Shown here: one piece after another, positions 60,776-64,000 of the stretch
How the letters are laid out: every line of letters starts with the position of its first letter
Numbering within the stretch: position 1 is the stretch's first letter
Assembly (NCBI GenBank): GCA_963809485.1
Contig: CAWEJX010000020.1
Location: 800,001-864,000, forward strand
DNA from: an uncultured Acidobacteriota bacterium
Lineage (GTDB): Bacteria > Acidobacteriota > UBA6911
Length of the DNA: 64,000 nt
Reading direction: 5' to 3'
The notes under the pieces: generated by a model
The model's database searches: none
What the model saw: the letters and a program-made list of their open reading frames with translations, nothing else
Told to the model about the DNA's origin: nothing
Made by a program: the position numbers and the translations under genes

Positions 60776-61243
60776 ATGAAAGGCGATAATGGCGTTGTTG
60801 CAAAGCTGGACGAGCTGCTGGCTGAGGAATTGACCGCGATCAACCAATATATGGTCGAGGCGGAGATGTGCGCCAACTGGGGATACGACAAACTTCACGC
60901 GGTGATGCAGAAACGGGCGATCACCGAGATGAAGCATGCGGAAAACCTGATCGAGCGGATCCTCTTCCTCGACGGCAGGCCTACGGTCAGCAAACTGAAT
61001 TCGATCAACATCGGCGCCGATGTTGAGGCCATGCACAAGAACGACCTTGCTTCCGAGCTCGACGCTGTTGCGCATTACAACGAAGGCATCCGCCTGTGCG
61101 CGCAGGCCGGAGACAACGGGAGCGAGCAGCTGCTCAAGGCCATTCTCAAAGACGAAGAGGACCACGTGGACTGGCTGGAGGCGCAGCAGGACCAGATCCG
61201 GCAGATGGGCATCCAGCTCTACCTCGCCGAACAGGCCGGATAA
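60776..61243 (+). CDS. bfr: Bacterioferritin
   Basis: MKG.., ELTAINQY, EMKHA (heme Met), ERILFLDG.P, DEEDHVDWLE. Confidence 0.92.
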   Translation: MKGDNGVVAKLDELLAEELTAINQYMVEAEMCANWGYDKLHAVMQKRAITEMKHAENLIERILFLDGRPTVSKLNSINIGADVEAMHKNDLASELDAVAHYNEGIRLCAQAGDNGSEQLLKAILKDEEDHVDWLEAQQDQIRQMGIQLYLAEQAG

Positions 61244-61254
61244 TGTATCCCTGG

Positions 61255-61290
61255 ACATACCGGGATATGCCGCGGCATATCCCGGTATGT
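61255..61290. repeat. Perfect 36-bp palindrome downstream of bfr
   Basis: acataccgggatatgccgcggcatatcccggtatgt equals its own reverse complement. Confidence 0.85.
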
Positions 61291-61771
61291 GCCTCCAGAT
61301 TGCGGATCGAAATTCGAAGGTCGCAGGAGGCACATCGCGACCTGAGACCTGGAACCGATAATATCCATGTCCGTTTGCTCCGCCTCGCGGGGAAAAAGTG
61401 TGATAAATACGTGGCGAAAGGCCAGCTATTCTGAGGAGGAGCACAAACTGATATAGCTGGGAGACAGGGATGGCTTTCCCGTCTTTATATCCATGTTCTT
61501 ATTCTGCCCGTATTTAGCCGATTTAGCCTTGATTTTGCTGCACAAACTCAATGTCTCATTGCTCCCCATTCGTGCATATAAGTATTGATGGAACCCGATG
61601 TAGAATCTATCAGCCGATCTTCAGAAGAACCGACCGTTGCTCCTAGCCGCTGCGCAGAGCCGCTTCAGCCTGCTTGCGCTTGGTCAATACGACTGTTGTA
61701 ACAAGAACGAGGTCCGGTGGGGATCCGATAAGTCTGGTCAAGCGATATACAAACAACCAGGAGGATAAATC

Positions 61772-62656
61772 ATGGTCCATCGTAAGGCAGGGAAAAGACT
61801 TTTTGTTCTTATGACGGTTCTGCTCCTTCAATGGGTTTTTGTCGGAGTGCTAGCGGCAGCGGAACAGGCGAAGATCGTCCAGAGCGGAGCGATCCTGACC
61901 GTCGCAGAATCGAAGAGGCTGATCGCCAAAGCAGTAGCACAGATGCCGATTGTCAAGAACGCACTCACAAACGGCATGGTCATTATCATCAAGGGAACAA
62001 CCAACGCCTACGTGGCGGAGGAGATCACTGGGCAGAAAGTCGATCATGCGGCATTTGTGACGGGAAGGATTGAGCCCGAGAAAGCAACCAAAAGACTATC
62101 CCCAGCGAAACCGGTGAACCACCTGATGCTGGAGAAGGGCAAGGTTGTCGATATATCGCTTGCCGATGCCGTGAAGAAGCTGAAAGCTGGCGACGTCGTC
62201 ATGAAGGGAGCGAACGCCCTGGACTACAGGAACAAAATGGCGGCAATCAATATCCTTGATCCCTCCGGGGGCACAACGGGAAGCACCATGCCCTTCATCA
62301 TTGCGCGCAAGGCGCACCTCGTCATCCCTGTGGGGCTTGAGAAGCTGGTTGCGGGTGACCTCGTGGATACCACCTTGAAGATGCGTGAGCCGGTGGAATC
62401 GCTGGATGTCCCCGCCGGCAGCGAGTCGTCGCCGTTCCCCGGCTCTACAATTCCCTCCATGTGGCTCGTCACGGGAGAAATCGTGACGGAGCTGGAGGCC
62501 ATCAAGATACTGACGGGCGCAACGGCCTTCCAGTCGAGCGCAGGGGGCGTCAGCGGCGCGGAGGGCGGAGTATGGATTGTTTTCAGGGGGACCAGGGAGC
62601 AGGTGTCGAACGCCCTCAAGCTAGTCCAGTCAATACAGGGCGAGCCTCCGTATTAG
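61772..62656 (+). CDS. Conserved-looking hypothetical protein with N-terminal signal-like segment
   Basis: GGAGG RBS; LTVAESKRLIAKAV, GTTNAYVAEE, KGANALD, IPVGLEK, GGVSGAEG. Confidence 0.75.
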   Translation: MVHRKAGKRLFVLMTVLLLQWVFVGVLAAAEQAKIVQSGAILTVAESKRLIAKAVAQMPIVKNALTNGMVIIIKGTTNAYVAEEITGQKVDHAAFVTGRIEPEKATKRLSPAKPVNHLMLEKGKVVDISLADAVKKLKAGDVVMKGANALDYRNKMAAINILDPSGGTTGSTMPFIIARKAHLVIPVGLEKLVAGDLVDTTLKMREPVESLDVPAGSESSPFPGSTIPSMWLVTGEIVTELEAIKILTGATAFQSSAGGVSGAEGGVWIVFRGTREQVSNALKLVQSIQGEPPY

Positions 62657-62772
62657 CTCAGTTTCCCGGAAGCCCGTTTCAGGCCAAGGAGCCAGTCCGA
62701 AGGCATGGAACAGCAGAGCATCGGCTTCCCTTAGGGGGTTTAGCCATCACAGAGTCCGAGCGTCCACTGGTT

Positions 62773-63312
62773 CTAAAAGAATATGATACTGAAATATGTG
62801 ACAGTATTGGGTCCATTGTAGTATCTGACTCCGCCTGTCTTCGCTAGCTGCATTGCATTAATCCCAAAACCTTCTATTGCCGGAAACATGCGCTCGGGAA
62901 ACCGACACGGTTGGTCTGGATAAAAACACGTTCTGCAAACGATACATCCTTCTGTAGAAAGGGCCAGGATACTGTCGAATTGGGATCGAAAGATCTTTAC
63001 GACCTCTTCTGTTATGGCTTCATGGGTTATTCTGGCATCATGCCATCCCTTTACATCGTGCTTCTTCCGAAGTTGGCCTATCGAACTGAACACCAGCGCA
63101 TTGTGAAATGCGCTGCATGTATCTCTGCAATGCTCGACGCTTCCTACGCCAGGAGGACATGCCCATGATTTGCCATACATCCCACAGGCATTTTTTTCGC
63201 ACAGATCACGCACCTCATTGGAGAACACTACTTGATGCGATTCCACAAAGGCATACTCATGTATCTTAAGGTTCTCGTGGTTCTGAAAAATTATCCGTTC
63301 TATTTCTTTCAC
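62773..63312 (-). CDS. DUF2284-like Cys-rich metal-binding protein
   Basis: CEKNACGMYGKSWACPP, GCIVCRTC..PCRFP, IEGFGIN. Confidence 0.82.
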   Translation of the reverse strand: MKEIERIIFQNHENLKIHEYAFVESHQVVFSNEVRDLCEKNACGMYGKSWACPPGVGSVEHCRDTCSAFHNALVFSSIGQLRKKHDVKGWHDARITHEAITEEVVKIFRSQFDSILALSTEGCIVCRTCFYPDQPCRFPERMFPAIEGFGINAMQLAKTGGVRYYNGPNTVTYFSIIFF

Positions 63313-63648
63313 CTTTGGCGACCCCGTCCCACTAATCGCGCGATTATTTCCCGGATATGCAAAAATTCCGGGATCTGGGCACTAATAATTTTCAAAATGC
63401 ATTCTATCACTACAGAGCAGATTACTCCCCCGAAGTCCTAAAAAACCGGACAAGCGACCCGATGATCAATTCTGCCAATATGGTTGGCTGACACCAGGAC
63501 ACAAGTCGGAAAACCAAGCGTCATAATCAACCCATCGCTGCTTAGTTTCCTGCAGGGCCAATGGAGAATGTCCGCCGGAAGAACGGCAATTATGGACACC
63601 AAGCAAAATCAACGGCTGTAGGTGATTGAAAATTTGGCAGAAAAATTA

Positions 63649-63722
63649 TGGCTGGGAGACAGGGATTCGAACCCCGATCAGATGGTCCAGAGCCATCCGT
63701 CTTACCATTAGACGATCTCCCA
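63649..63722 (-). tRNA. tRNA-Gln (anticodon CTG)
   Basis: TGGGAGA acceptor stem, anticodon arm GATGG-CTCTGGA-CCATC, GGTTCGAATCC T arm, encoded CCA. Confidence 0.96.
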
Positions 63723-63734
63723 GCATTCCAGCCC

Positions 63735-63763
63735 ATTGTAGAAAATCAGCCCCATAGATTCAA
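63735..63763 (-). promoter_or_regulatory. Sigma70-type promoter of tRNA-Gln, TTGAAT-N17-TACAAT
   Basis: Near-consensus boxes, 17 nt spacer, -10 box ends 12 nt upstream of the tRNA. Confidence 0.7.
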
Positions 63764-64000
63764 GGTCAAACCACGGCAGGCGACGTTCACTGCGTGGAGA
63801 CAACGGCCTCCGGGAATGCCGGGCGATAGCCAAACCATTCAAGCAGAGGCGGGTCCGGCTGCAAGTTTTGATTTTGCCATGGATTTCCGGATTTCTGTCG
63901 ACGCCCGTACCCGAATTGTGATTAAATATGCTTTTGTAGTCAGGAGTTGAAGGCTCGGAGTAGTTCGTCAAATCCAGGTTTGGGAATCTGCAAATTCCGG

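Larger units (their letters stand above)
61456..63666. mobile_element. tRNA-Gln-anchored genomic islet without integrase
   Basis: 16-bp direct repeat gctgggagacagggat at 61456-61471 and 63651-63666 (tRNA 3' end). Confidence 0.7.

Noticed and set aside
63648-63950. 100-aa ORF MAGRQGFEPRSDGPEPSVLPLDD
   Set aside because: It is the antisense translation of tRNA-Gln

Overview
A 64 kb, moderately GC-rich bacterial chromosomal segment, probably from an anaerobic or facultative Acidobacteriota member (inferred from the glycine-rich TonB and general gene style, not proven). Recognisable genes include DNA repair (TIGR03916-type radical SAM, AddAB, MrfAB-like pair), korDABC-type 2-oxoacid oxidoreductase, TrkAH, a divergent membrane pyrophosphatase, pit/sixA/ppx/ppk1, queF, spmAB-ldcA, a ClpX-like ATPase, an ECF sigma module, bacterioferritin and tRNA-Gln(CTG). 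The most unusual content is non-coding. (1) About nine co-oriented copies of a transposase-less element have IS200/IS605-like terminal hairpins and an internal pair of nested 26-bp inverted repeats. (2) A dispersed family of 7-bp tandem repeats (GATTCGR and TAGGGAT) is oriented relative to gene ends and is translated into several proteins. (3) A 2.2 kb integrase-less islet is bounded by a 16-bp duplication of the tRNA-Gln 3' end. Two genes missing from the ORF track were also found. All family assignments come from motif recognition by eye; no database searches were run.
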